The notes under the pieces were generated by a model. That model was not told where the DNA came from. It did no database searches and worked only from the letters and a program-made list of their open reading frames with translations. Below, in pieces: positions 1-11,815 of a stretch of 64,000 nucleotides of DNA. The stretch lies in contig NC_043003.1 of the NCBI RefSeq assembly GCF_006345805.1, forward strand, positions 84,196,001 to 84,260,000, in the 5' to 3' direction. A program made the translations under genes and the position numbers. The DNA is from Octopus sinensis. Lineage: Eukaryota. How positions within the stretch are numbered: the first letter of the stretch is position 1; each line of letters begins with the position of its first letter.

Positions 1-159
1 TAACAAAAGTGAGTCATGGCTTAAGATCCTTCGAAAGGATTTACCTTCTTTCACATGATTTCCATCATCAATCATATTACTACCACCACTACCACCACCA
101 CCACCACTACTACTACTGCTACTTTTTAGGCTCGGCGACTGCTGTTTCATAGAAGAGAG

Positions 160-335
160 ACTAGTTGATACCATTGACCCAAATACTTGACTGGTATTTC
201 ATTTTATCGATTCCGAAAAAAAAAGAAAGTTAAAGCTAACGTCGTTGAGATTTGAACCCAGTCCGTGAAGAGTCGCAAGGAAATATCGCAAGGCATTTTG
301 TCTGACATTCTAACGATTCTGGCAATCCACCGCTT
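160..335 (-). mobile_element. SINE family A (tRNA-derived head), degenerate copy
   Basis: Reverse complement aligns loosely with the family A head and body seen at 10417 (gcagaatcgttag... ggttcaaatc... atcgataaaatg.. ccagtc). Confidence 0.7.
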
Positions 336-817
336 TTGATTGTTTCTAACATAGGTACAAGATCTGAAATTTCTTTTGTGGGGTTGGGGGTTAGCCGATA
401 ACATTGATGAACTCAGAATAAAACTAGAAAAGATCAGTTATTGTAAAGAATTTTTCATGGTGCTTTAACAATTTGTCTGATGATCATCGAATTGTCTGAG
501 TCGTTAGAGCTTCAGGCAGAACGCTTTGCAGTGAAGGAATACAGTAAATAATAAAGTAAAAACAATCACGATCATACGAATATGGTGATGAGGGTGGTGG
601 TGGTGATAGTGGTCAACTACGTTAGCAAGAACCAGTGGGCAAAATTTGAAAATTTGAAGGAAGCCGTATGGCTGGGAGAAACAGGATATTCGACGCTTCA
701 AGTACTGGCCTTCGTCTGATATACTGTTGTAAGACCAAACATGTATAAGTGGATATGGTCGAGTGATTTTCCTTCAGTATTTTATTGATTGTTTTTAAGC
801 TCGTGCGAAGATAGTAA

Positions 818-1124
818 TAATCCCAGGTCCCATTTTAACTGGATATAAAATATAGGTCATATGCCAAATATGAAATGTGGGTTTCATTTCAACAAGGCTG
901 AATGTAATGTGAAATGTAAGCTTCGCTTCAACTGGTTTTAAGTCGTTGGCCAGAAGAGAAATATAGGCTTCGTTTCAACTAGTAATAGTCCCAAGCCAAA
1001 TGTTACGTGATATGTTGGCCTCATTTCAATTGCTGTACCAGGACAGGCGTGACGTAAAATCTAAGTCCCGTTTTTACCGGTAAATGGCTCAGGACGCATA
1101 AAATGCAGTACTTGTTTTAAACTT
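818..1124. repeat. Degenerate ~47-bp tandem array with a conserved ~24-nt core
   Basis: Core aaat(g/a)taggcttc(g/a)tttcaactgg-like at about 818, 873, 912, 959, 1010, 1057 and 1101. Confidence 0.65.
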
Positions 1125-1706
1125 CTCATTAAGTATTTTACTAACCAGTGCTAAATATATGTGATGCATGTATAACTTATAAATATATACATGTACATGT
1201 AGTTAGTGTACATAATGTACTTGCAAATTAAATGAAAAAATAAACTAGAACGATTTATAAAAAAGGTAATATTTTAAGATAGAAGCTTTCATTTTGCCTT
1301 TAACAAGGAGAACAGACCTCCTGAAAATCACAGGCACATGTCAAGAGTTCCACTTGATGCCCTTCTTCTGTTTTGGTCAAGTAATAATTTTGAATCAACT
1401 AAGCGGGTTTCCTCGAAAACAGCAGTGTTTGTATCTCCATAACGCATAGCTTATTAAAATTGACAAACTTTACGAAATAATGAACTGATTTGAATTGAAA
1501 CTGAGTGCTGATAGTGGACTTAGAGACTGGTTACTTGGACATATTCTTATCTAACTCATTATTTTCTCTTCCCGCCAATGTCCAACATCAACATTACATC
1601 ATAGCTATTAAGCTCCATTACGATAAATTTCCCTTATTTCCTGGTGATATCTTACAACAATGTGTCTATGTTGGCGTATTATTGTTGAGTCGACCTTATA
1701 TATATA

Positions 1707-1904
1707 CAGGCTGGTCCAAAAGTAGGTTTACAGTTATTCATATATTAACAGTTTAGATCTTAATTATATAAAAAAAAATATGAAACAATTATTCTATGCT
1801 AATTTAGTTAATTTATAAAATAGAAATTTAAATGTAATAAAATGTTTTAAAAGAAATTTGAAGTGCCTACGTGATAACTGCAAACCTACTTTTGGTCCAC
1901 CCTG
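1707..1904. mobile_element. Tc1/mariner-type MITE
   Basis: Left TIR caggctggtccaaaagtaggtttacagtt; right end aactgcaaacctacttttggtccaccctg; TA on both sides; AT-rich non-coding interior. Confidence 0.85.
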
Positions 1905-2024
1905 TATATATAAGCTATACGCTTTAAGGATGTGAAACCATTGGTCACACTATGACCAGATATGTACTTAACTGCTTATAAATACATTACTGTTTTAGCC
2001 AATTACATACTTATATCATTTAGC

Positions 2025-2160
2025 TTATCTTTTACTTGCTTCGGTCATTGGGCTGTGGCCATGTTGGGACACCGTCTTGAAGGGTTTTAGTCGAACAAAT
2101 TGTCCCCTGTGCACATATTCTTTAAAGTCTGGTGCTTATTGTATTGGTCACGTTTGTATT
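2025..2160 (-). mobile_element. SINE family B, 3' tail fragment
   Basis: ttttacttgcttcggtcatt..gtggccatg..tagtcgaacaaat matches the family B tail seen at 5590. Confidence 0.7.
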
Positions 2161-2592
2161 AAATTCCATACATTAAATAGGCACTTTTACAATGGATTGG
2201 AACATGTTAGTCGATATCTTTATAGTTTTAATCTGGATAAACATTGCAAACCTTGACGGTCTGTCCCTAATAACCATCCATATGTATGTATGTATGGGCT
2301 ATGTTCATATTCATACATACATGCGTGTATGTGTGTGAATAAAGGGGATGGATTGATTGTCGCATTAGAAGCTATGTTTGTTGCTTTGGAAATGGAGTTG
2401 TGTAGCACCTGTTATCTTATCAGAATTTTCTGTCTAATCTGAAGATGGAATGAACCGTATTTGTTGAATTGCACAGTAAATTTTCTTGAACAATTATCAA
2501 ACCACTTCTATTTTCTATATGAATCGTGTTTATGCTAGAGACCAGCCAACAGCGTTTTACCACGATCACTCGACTGATCCTACATTATATAT

Positions 2593-2783
2593 ATAAGTGG
2601 GCCAAAAGTCACGCACCAAAACATTTAATATTTTATTTATATTAATTGCATTATCATTGTTGGTGTTGTTCATTTTGTTCATTACGTACAAGTACGAGTG
2701 TCTTCATCATTATTTTATTTATCCTATTCAGTACACCGGAGTATATTGAATATTATTATGTGCGTGACTTTTGGCCCATCCTG
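2593..2783. mobile_element. Tc1/mariner-type MITE (second family)
   Basis: Inverted termini gtgggccaaaagtcacgcac / gtgcgtgacttttggcccatcctg; TA flanks; the left terminus is partly decayed. Confidence 0.8.
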
Positions 2784-3105
2784 TATATATATTTATCATA
2801 TTCGTAGGCGTATGCATAAATATATATGTATGCATGTGCGGGTGGATATATGCACGCATCTACAATGTGAGCAACAGAAAGAGAGAGAGAGAGAGGGTGA
2901 GGGGGGAGGGAACCGAAATGAGAAGCGGAGGGGTTTATGTCACCTTGATTTCTATAGCAACTTTGTAGACGTTATTATTTTTCCAGTTCTACAAAACATT
3001 GCCGAAAACCCACAAAACTAAATTTCCTCTTCTTTAGTTTTACTACGAGTGTATATATATGTACATATGTATAATATGTGTATATATTATATGTATGTGT
3101 ATATA

Positions 3106-3281
3106 TACTCTTTACTCTTTTATTCTTTTACTTGTTTCAGTCTACCAAATCCACTCACAAGGCTTTGGTCGGCCCGAGGCTATAGTAGAAGACACTTGCC
3201 CAAGGTGCCACGCAGTGGGACTGAACCCGGAACTATGTGGTTGGTAAACAAGCTACTTACCACACAGCCACTCCTGCGCCT
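3106..3281 (-). mobile_element. SINE family B (tRNA + CORE-like), internally deleted
   Basis: Head and CORE-like part are intact (rc ggcgcaggagtggctgtgtggtaag... gcaccttgggcaagtg). The tail tactcttttacttgtttcag is fused directly to tctaccaaatcc, so the middle is lost between two tttcagt repeats. Confidence 0.85.
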
Positions 3282-3288
3282 ATATTTG

Positions 3289-3373
<85 letters not shown>

Positions 3374-4103
3374 TATATGTGTGTGTGTGTGTGTTTATGT
3401 GTGTGTGAGTTGATGTGTGCCTGGGTGTATTTAAGTGTGTCTATGTGTGTATATATTTATGTGCGAGAGTGCCTGTGTGTATGTTGTGAGCATCAGTGTG
3501 TGTGTGTGTGTGTGAATATATATTCGTGTCTGTGTGTATTTGTATGGGTGTACAGTGTGTATTAGTTGCCTTTGTGTGTGTATTTATGCCTATATATGTG
3601 TCTGTATGTATTCATGTCTGTCTGTTTGTGTATTCTTGCGTAGGTGTGTGGGTATTTTCTTGTGTGTGTGTGTATGTGTGTGTGTATGCGTGGGTGTATG
3701 CGTGTGCTCGTGTTTTTATGTATGTGCCTCCATGTATTTATGCATGTATCTACTTATATATGTATGGGTATTTACATGTGCGTGTGTGTATGTATGTGTA
3801 TGTGTGTGTATGTGTGTGTGTGTGTGAGTGTGTGTGTATGGTATTTGCATTTCTGTGCATGCATATTTATATGAGTATGTTTATTAACGTCTTTGTATAC
3901 GTATTTAGGTATGTCTTTCTCTCTCTCTCTCTTTCTCCCTGTCTGTCTCTGTCTGTCTGTCTCTCACTCTTCTCTCTCTGTATCTCTGTCTGTCAGTATG
4001 TCTGTCTGTCTCTCTGTCTGTATGTCTGTCTGTCTGTCTATCTCTCACTCTTCTCTCTCTGTATCTCTGTCTGTCAGTATGTCTGTCTGTCTCTCTGTCT
4101 GTA

Positions 4104-4185
<82 letters not shown>
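3282..4185. repeat. Compound microsatellite (AT)n/(GT)n/(CT,CTGT)n with an 81-bp tandem duplication
   Basis: Seen directly; the unit starting ctctcactct occurs at 3961 and 4042. Confidence 0.9.
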
Positions 4186-4186
<1 letters not shown>

Positions 4187-4484
4187 GCGTGCATTCCTTC
4201 CATTGTAAGTGATGTTGTCACTGCTGTTCTTGTTACAGTGCTTGGCTTTTGTTGGTTCTTTATGTTATTATTTCTAAGTTCTTGGGGGTAAATTTTGGTG
4301 ATGCTGGTGACGATATGATGGAGCGATGGAAGAAGAGTGGAAAGGTGGATGGCAGAGCCTATATATTTTACTTGAGTTTCTTTCTGTCATAGACGTCCTA
4401 AAAATAGATGGTAATTTGAGAACATAAAAGGAGCAAATGCGTCTCTCGGACATTTTTTTCCCTTTACCATATGTTCGACAGATC

Positions 4485-4524
<40 letters not shown>

Positions 4525-4779
4525 GACAGAGACAGACAGACAGACAGAGGGAAAGAGAGAGGGTGAGTTAGTAGAAGGAAGGGTGAAAGAGGAACGAGAA
4601 GAAGGAAAGGGCGGGAAATGAAGGAGAAAGTTATCACAACATGCTCTCCCACCCCTCGTGACATACATATGTACACACACACACATACACACAATCATCA
4701 TCATTAACACTAGTATCACATCTCGAACTCTCAACCTTCCCATTACCGCCAGAGTCTATTGTAGAAGCATCTCTCTCTA

Positions 4780-4813
<34 letters not shown>

Positions 4814-4873
4814 AATGTATGTATGTATGTGTGTGTTGTTCGCGTTTTGCCTGTATATATATATATATATGTA

Positions 4874-4904
<31 letters not shown>

Positions 4905-5589
4905 GCAAACGCGCACACACACATTCTCTTCACCGTGACCTCCCAGGGTAACTTCAAATCTACATCCTTTCATTTTTTTCTCATGCTCAACGCCCCCAAC
5001 CATTCTTGTGCCTCCACCCTATCACACAACGACATTATTAGTATCATCATCATCATCATCATCATCATTCACAGACACATACAAATTCTTGCAGAGACTT
5101 CCCAATTCCATCCATCTTAACGGGGTTTTTCCGAACCACATTATAAATAACTTCAACCCTACCAACACTCAACCCAATTACAGCTTGTACATGTGTACAT
5201 GTATGTCTGTCTGTGTATTTCCAGCTTTACACATTGTTGGACACCACATCATCTCCTAGAGTGTTAAACGGTAGCTAAAAATAATATATTTTTATACAGC
5301 CTCAAGTCAGAATAGCGAAATAGATATGATGTTGACTGAACAAAGACAATGAACAAGCTGGTTGGGTGGTTACATGACTGGTGCCGGAATCAAAAAAAGG
5401 AGTGACGGAATAAATAACTTGTAGAATTTGGTCAACCTTAAGATTTTGAGTTCCGATAGAACTATGGAGAATTTTTTCCTGATATAAAGTATCAGTTAAA
5501 TTGAAGGGGCTGGCTATAGTCAACTATACTCTACCTCGAAATACGTGGTTCTGACATCTATTCTAAAATATAGAGATTTTATTGACTCT

Positions 5590-5810
5590 CTCTCTTACTC
5601 TTTTACTAGTTTCAGTCATTTGACTGCGGCCATGCTGGAGCACCGCCTTTAGTCGAGCAAATCGACCCTGGGACTTATTCTTTGTAAGCCCAGTGCTTAT
5701 TCTATCGGTCTCTTTTGCCGAACCGCTAATTGACGGGGACCTAAACACACCAGCATCGGTTGTCAAGCAATGCTAGGGGGACAAACACAGACACACAAAC
5801 ATATACACAA

Positions 5811-5847
<37 letters not shown>

Positions 5848-6008
5848 CGACAGGCTTCTTTCAGTTTCCATCTACCAAATCCACTCACAAGGCATTGGTC
5901 GACCCGAGGCTATAGCAGAAGACACTTGCCCAAGATGCCACGCAGTGGGACTGAACCCGTAACCATGTGGTTGGTAAGCAAGCTACTTACCACACAGCCA
6001 CTCCTGCG
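5590..6008 (-). mobile_element. SINE family B, full length
   Basis: Pol III A/B-box-like head, CORE-like accttgggcaag segment, internal (CA/TA)n and a (gagtaaaa)n tail, all on the minus strand. Confidence 0.9.
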
Positions 6009-6475
6009 GTCGTAATAATTTTTAAAACTTTCGAGAGAATGTGAACTAATTTTTGAGGGGATATAAATATTGGGTTGAAAAACTTTTGGGATTGAAAAAG
6101 TCGAAGGAAAACTCTGTTCCACGAGCAGCCCTCGACTTTATTTCGTTCAAAAAAGGCTTTTCAACACAATACTCACATGCTGTTATTTGTAGCTTTACGT
6201 GAGTGCATTTAGGTAGTCCAAAACAGAATTATCGTTATTACTGTTGTTCGATATGTGTCTCGGGTATGACTTTGTAGTGCGTCAAGTTGTGGCACTTGTT
6301 TAGGAGTTCTAGGGTTTTGAGTAATGTGGAACCCCATCTTAGCCGCTACTTTTCCCAGTTCTACTCTAATCCGGAGTAGTAACACTGTCAGGGTCCAAGC
6401 TATGAGTTAATTAGCAATTAAGTCGGATAGATGGATCTCGTTAGCATTAGTGGTGGTGGTGGTGGTGTTGGGGAT

Positions 6476-6907
6476 AGGGGCAGCTCCTCTAGGAGAAGGA
6501 AAACCTCGAATCCAAACCAACGTTGCTTTGAGTCCATATCCAGCCATAGCGTAGGTTTTGGGAATAAACCTTGAGGTAAATATCGGGAGTTGGGGCCCCT
6601 GAAGCAGTTCGATTTTGTCTACAAACTCGTGCTTGAAACTCATGCGACGACACTGGTGTCAAACTATAACGGCTATGTTGTTCCTTTGAATCCATCTGTG
6701 TCCATGTAGAGCGGAGACAAGCAGCATGGCAACAACTTGCTCTTCATACCATACTACCAAGGCTTGGATCCTATCGAACACTACTAGAGGGATAGGACTG
6801 AATAACTCAAACATTACCGGGAAACCCACAAGTGCGGCCTGTATGGCAGAGACTGCTATTTGCTCATCGGCCTATTCAGCCACAGACAACACTGTTTCAG
6901 TGAGGCG
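6476..6907 (+). mobile_element. RTE-clade LINE derivative (5'UTR-like part plus ORF C-terminus)
   Basis: 6830-6895 translates KCGLYGRDCYLLIGLFSHRQHC, like the RTE C-terminal C..C.RDC.SRIGL.SH.R.C motif. The upstream ggcagctcctctaggagaaggaaaac resembles RTE 5' UTRs as I recall them. Confidence 0.65.
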
Positions 6908-6934
6908 ATCAACTACGACCTTTATCAACTACGA

Positions 6935-7155
6935 CCTTTTCGTTACTGTATTTATTTTGAAATGCTTTGTGTTTCTTTCAATTATTTTAAATATAACAAA
7001 GAATTTAGTAAAATAACTTAGTTATCATTCAGCTAGTGTTAGGAGCATAAATTGTGGCTAAGGTTTGGTGGAAGATTTTAATTCAGAACTTTTGAAAATG
7101 AGACATTTGTACTACAGGGTCAGAGCCGGTTTCAGCCGGGTTGGTAACAAAAGGG
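6935..7155. mobile_element. piggyBac-type MITE
   Basis: Termini ccttttcgttac ... gtaacaaaaggg followed by TTAA (7156-7159). The left TTAA has been overwritten by a 16-bp tandem duplication. Confidence 0.75.
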
Positions 7156-7745
7156 TTAATGACAGACAGAGGCCTTAAAAGTTGTTCATACAGAGAAGTG
7201 GGTATCGTCGACTGTAAGATCAAGATCCAAACGATTTCTGAGTAAAAAATATTCCAGACCAGCCTTGGAAGAGAAACTACACGCAGACATATATACAGAG
7301 TGAAAGTTCAAGAGCAGTAGATATGGGAATAAAGGTATAGTGCTGTGTACATGTACATGACCGAGTTTCCGGTCAGTACAGATACAGCTAATCTATAAGT
7401 AGAGACATTCTAGTCGTGAACCTCTCGTCCTTCCCTTGGCAATCTTTATTATTGCTTTGATGCAGAGGGAGTGCTGCGTCCGTTGTTCAAACATCATCGA
7501 AACTAAATGAAACTGATGCGTTTCCTTTATTTCCGTTTCCATTCTTAAATTCTATCTTATTTTTTTTCTTTCATTTCTCTCATTTTGTCTATAAAAGGCA
7601 GAATCAGTAACTGCGCCACAGAAAACGCCAAGTTCAAATCCTATCGGGGTCAACTTAGCTGTTCAGTCTACCGGAATCGATAAAATAATAATTAAAAGAA
7701 AAGAAAAGAAAAATAGACCTTTCAAATATAGGTGTCAATATAATC

Positions 7746-7909
7746 TCTTTCTTTACTACCCACAAGGGGCTAAACACAGAGAGGACAAACAATGACAGAC
7801 AAACAATGACAGACAAACAGATTAAGTCGATTATATCTGGTACTTATTTAATCGACCCCGAAAGGATGAAAGGCAAAGTCGACCTCGGCGGAATTTGAAC
7901 TCAGAACGT
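7746..7909 (-). mobile_element. 5'-truncated young SINE A with tail B and an 18-bp TSD
   Basis: Flanked by ataggtgtcaatataatc at 7728-7745 and 7910-7927; inserted antisense into an older family A copy. Confidence 0.9.
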
Positions 7910-8244
7910 ATAGGTGTCAATATAATCGACTGCTTCCCCACTCCGTCCCGATCATTTTCTTATTTTATGTTAGAAATTATTGCAATCTATTATCTACATA
8001 AATATTTATTTTGCTGGTGACGACGACGTTCGTGCGTTCGAATGTTACGCATTCAACGAGCTTAACCATTATAAGATATTATAGACTTAATCAACATAAT
8101 GAAACAACTTCCAGAGTTGCGCTTTAAACAACCTTAATTCCGGAGCAATATCGAGAGCGCAATTAATCAACGTAGCGAAGATCTGTAAATTTATGAACCA
8201 AAATAAGAATATAAAACATTTATAAAACAATCATCGAACGTCTC

Positions 8245-8251
8245 ATGATGA

Positions 8252-8285
<34 letters not shown>

Positions 8286-8316
8286 GTTGTTGTTGTTGTT
8301 GTTGTTGTTGTTATTG

Positions 8317-8348
<32 letters not shown>

Positions 8349-8400
8349 GTTATTATCATTATTGTTATTATTATTATTGTTGTTGTTGTTGTTATTATTA

Positions 8401-8444
<44 letters not shown>
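8245..8444. repeat. (TAT/TGT)n microsatellite
   Basis: Seen directly. Confidence 0.95.
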
Positions 8445-8446
<2 letters not shown>

Positions 8447-8673
8447 GACGGTTAACTGACAGAATAGTTAGCACGCCGGAGGAGATGCTTAACGGAATTT
8501 CGTCTGTTTTTACGTTCAAATTCAGCTGAGTTTGCCTTTGCCTTTTATCCATGTGGGGTCGATAAACAAAGTACCAGTTGAACACTGGGATCGATGTAAT
8601 CTACTAGCCCCTTCCCTCACTCAAAATTTGCCTATAGTAGAAAGGATTATTATTATTATTATTATTATTATTA

Positions 8674-8727
<54 letters not shown>

Positions 8728-8926
8728 GACGGTTAACTGACAGAATAGTTAGCACGCCGGAGGAGATGCTTAACGGAATTTCGTCTGTTTTTACGTTCAA
8801 ATTCAGCTGAGTTTGCCTTTGCCTTTTATCCATGTGGGGTCGATAAACAAAGTACCAGTTGAACACTGGGATCGATGTAATCTACTAGCCCCTTCCCTCA
8901 CTCAAAATTTGCCTATAGTAGAAAGG

Positions 8927-8927
<1 letters not shown>
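8445..8927 (+). mobile_element. Two identical SINE A copies in tandem (281-bp period)
   Basis: 8445-8646 and 8726-8927 read identical and are separated by (TAT)n. Confidence 0.9.
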
Positions 8928-8985
<58 letters not shown>

Positions 8986-9234
8986 CATCATTATTATAGA
9001 CGTAGCAGTAGCGGTCGCAGCATCAGCAGCTACTTTTGTGTAAAAATCTAGAAAATCTGACGTAACAAGCGGCACACTGATCCTAATTCCATTCGAATTC
9101 TTCGGGTTTGTCATCTCGACATATCAAAAATATATCTCCCCTTCCCCCAGACTTCGTTCCATTTTGGATCGATAGTGGGAAGTCGCCATGTTGGAAAGAC
9201 AGGGTAAGTCTTAGAAATGAAGCAGCATGGCAGA

Positions 9235-9945
9235 GGGGTGGGGAAAGGAGAAGAGTGGGGAGAGGAGAAGAGTGAGGAGAGGAGAAGAGTGAGGAGAGGA
9301 GTGGAGAGAGAAGAAGTGTGGGAAGAGGAGAAGAGTGAGGAGAGGAGGTGTGAGAGGGGAGAGTAGTGGGGAGAGGAGAGAGAAACAAAGGGAGAACATG
9401 AGTGAAACGGAACAGAGTAGCGGTGATCCTTATTTTTCCAATGGAATGGAATTTCAAAGGGTTGCGTGTGCAAACTCCAAGCTTACGAGTCGTCACACAA
9501 GAATGCGGAAATCGGTTAGGAGGAGGAGGAGGTTTGTGTTGTGAAAGAGTATGTATGTATGTGTGTGAGAAAGAGAGAGGGGAGAGAGAGTAATAGTGGG
9601 AGTGAGGGAGAGAAAGGCGGGGAGAGAAAGGATGGAGAGAAAGGCGGGGAGAGAAAGGAGGGAGAGAAAGAGGGAAGAAAAAGGGAGAGAGAGAGAGAGA
9701 GGGAGAGAGAAACGAGGTGGGGCAGCGTGTGGATTTCGGAGGATTTCTATGAATGGAAGATAGAAAATGGAAAAGAAATTTCAAGAATGAGAAAGGGAGA
9801 TAGAGATGGGGAAGAAGAGAAAAGGACAGATTCGAAGAGTGAACGTGTGTCTGAGTGAGTGAGTGAGTGAGTGAGAGAGAGAAAGAGAAAGACACAGAGA
9901 GAGAGACAGAGACAGAGAAAGAGAACAGAAAAGAGACGGAGAGAT
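9235..9945. repeat. Long polypurine (GA-rich) tracts with short degenerate minisatellites
   Basis: gaggagaagagtgag units at 9245-9350 and ggagagaaagg units at 9605-9675, interrupted by unique sequence at 9400-9540 and 9710-9850. Confidence 0.8.
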
Positions 9946-10325
9946 ACTTGTTCCTTTTTTTTTATTTATAAAATTGTTTATCCTAGATTTTTTTTCATTT
10001 TTCTCTAATCGATTTCATTCTTTTTCCGTGACATCTGAATGAAATACTACGAAAATAATATAAATTTCAGAGAAAATTCAAATAGATAAACAATGAGACA
10101 CAGGAATATCATGGTGGGCTTTAGAGAAGACTGAGTGAAGAATCATAGTAGCAGAGTTTATGAATGCCTTTATATTCAACTAGATTACGCTATATTTTAT
10201 TGTATTGTATTGCATTGTAGATGTAGATGTGATGCAGTTTGATATATTTTCAAATCTATCGAGCATTTTCACATAATTTGTTCGAAATTTGTACGTTTTT
10301 GTTGAATATGTGAAATAGTGAACAC

Positions 10326-10416
<91 letters not shown>

Positions 10417-10417
<1 letters not shown>

Positions 10418-10730
10418 AGGCGGCGAGCTGGCAGAAACGTTAGCACGCCGGGCGAAATGCGTAGCCGTGTTTCGTCTGCCGCTACGTTCTGTGTTCAAAT
10501 TCTGCCGAGGTCGACTTTGCCTTTCATTCGTTCGGGGTCGATAAATTAAGTACCAGTTACGCACTGGGGTCGATATAATCGACTTAATCCGTTTGTCTGT
10601 ACTTGTTTGTCCTTTCTGTGTTTAGCCCCTTGTGGGTAGTAAAGAAATAGGTATTCCGTCTGTCTTTATTGCCTTTCATCCTTTCAGGGTCGATAAAACA
10701 GGTACCAGTTGAACACTCCCCCGAAATGAC
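10417..10730 (+). mobile_element. SINE A full length with tail B, followed by a second body fragment
   Basis: Head aaggcggcgagctggcagaaacgttagc; B-box-like gttcaaattc; the tail ...gtagtaaagaaataggtatt runs into ccgtctgtcttta and a second body. Confidence 0.9.
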
Positions 10731-11039
10731 TGCCCTTGTCGAGGTCTGTTAACCTGAGAATTTTCAGTCGCCACGTCAAATTCGTCAGGCTGTATGATGC
10801 ACAGCCTTAGGGAACGAACGCAAATGACACGAAAAAGCTCCAAACAGGTGCCCCAGAAGCATCCTAAGCATCAAGTATACAAAAAATGTGAGTAACAAGA
10901 ATATTTGGGTCACAGGGAAGTAAGGACCCATCAGTCAACAAATAGCAAAGCATAACAGAGGTGAGTAGGCTGTTTGTCCCCTCTGTGTTTAGCCCCTTGT
11001 GGGTAGTAAAGAAATATATATATACATTTAGAAGAGAAG

Positions 11040-11222
11040 ATTATTGGCGAGTCACATCTAAGAGTGGAACTTAATGGGGAAAAGAACGTCGGAACGCCCA
11101 AGTATCACTTGACAGGGATCAGCAGAGGAGGAATTATAGAGATAACACGGAATGTGGAAACGAAGTGAAAGGATAATCTCAGAACAGAATGTGCTGCAAA
11201 ACTGTTGTGGAGAACTTGAAAT
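11040..11222 (+). mobile_element. Degenerate RTE LINE 3' end
   Basis: With frameshifts it reads EWNLMGKRTSERPSIT*..EEEL..W.EVK.I.SQNR..CKTVVENL, matching the RTE C-terminal WNP.GKR.RGRPK.TW...W.EVK..AQNR.RW..VV pattern. Confidence 0.65.
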
Positions 11223-11598
11223 TATTTTCCACCTAACAGCGGAATCCTAACGGAATTCACTCGCAAACGAGTTGTGACGATTCTCACGATTATATATATG
11301 TTAGTGAGTGTGTTTACGTGTGGGAGGGGGAACGACATTTCTTTTAGACATGTTGCATTGAAGATACCACTGTGAACAGGTGTACAAGAAGCACTTAACG
11401 CGTCGTGTAACGCAGTGTTTCTCACAGGAGTGGAGTAGAAGGCCGCTTAAGTGAGGACTGAAGCTATTGAAAATGTCAGGCTTAATAAAATTAAGCTGTT
11501 TCTAAGCATTGACACTTGTCGAGTACCACGGTAAAGAAAAAAGGGTTATATAAATGAAAATTCTATTCTGTCTTATCGTTTATAAAAAATGGACGGGA

Positions 11599-11815
11599 AA
11601 GTGGCAAGCTGGTAGAATCGTTATCACGCCGGGCACAATGCTTACCGGCATTTCGCCAGCCTTTTCGTTCTGAGTTCAAAGGCTGCTGAGGTCGACTTAG
11701 CTTTTCATCCATTTCAGGATTGATAAAATAAGTATCAGTTGATCACTGGGGTCGATGTAATCGATTTACCCACTCCCCTGGAATTGCTGGCCTTGGTCCA
11801 AAATTCGAAAGCAAT
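11599..11815 (+). mobile_element. SINE A, old copy
   Basis: Head gtggcaagctggtagaatcgttatcacgccggg, body and tail A. Confidence 0.85.

Noticed and set aside
818-1124. CRISPR array
   Set aside because: Repeats are too degenerate, spacers short and variable, the context is eukaryotic and no cas genes are present. Kept only as a repeat finding.
1328-1447. 39-aa minus ORF MRYGDTNTAVFEETRLVDSKLLLDQNRRRASSGTLDMCL
   Set aside because: Protein-like, but short, with a weak acceptor and no recognisable homology; within chance expectation.
10417-10520. tRNA genes at SINE heads
   Set aside because: A/B boxes are present but there is no cloverleaf, and the heads continue into SINE bodies.
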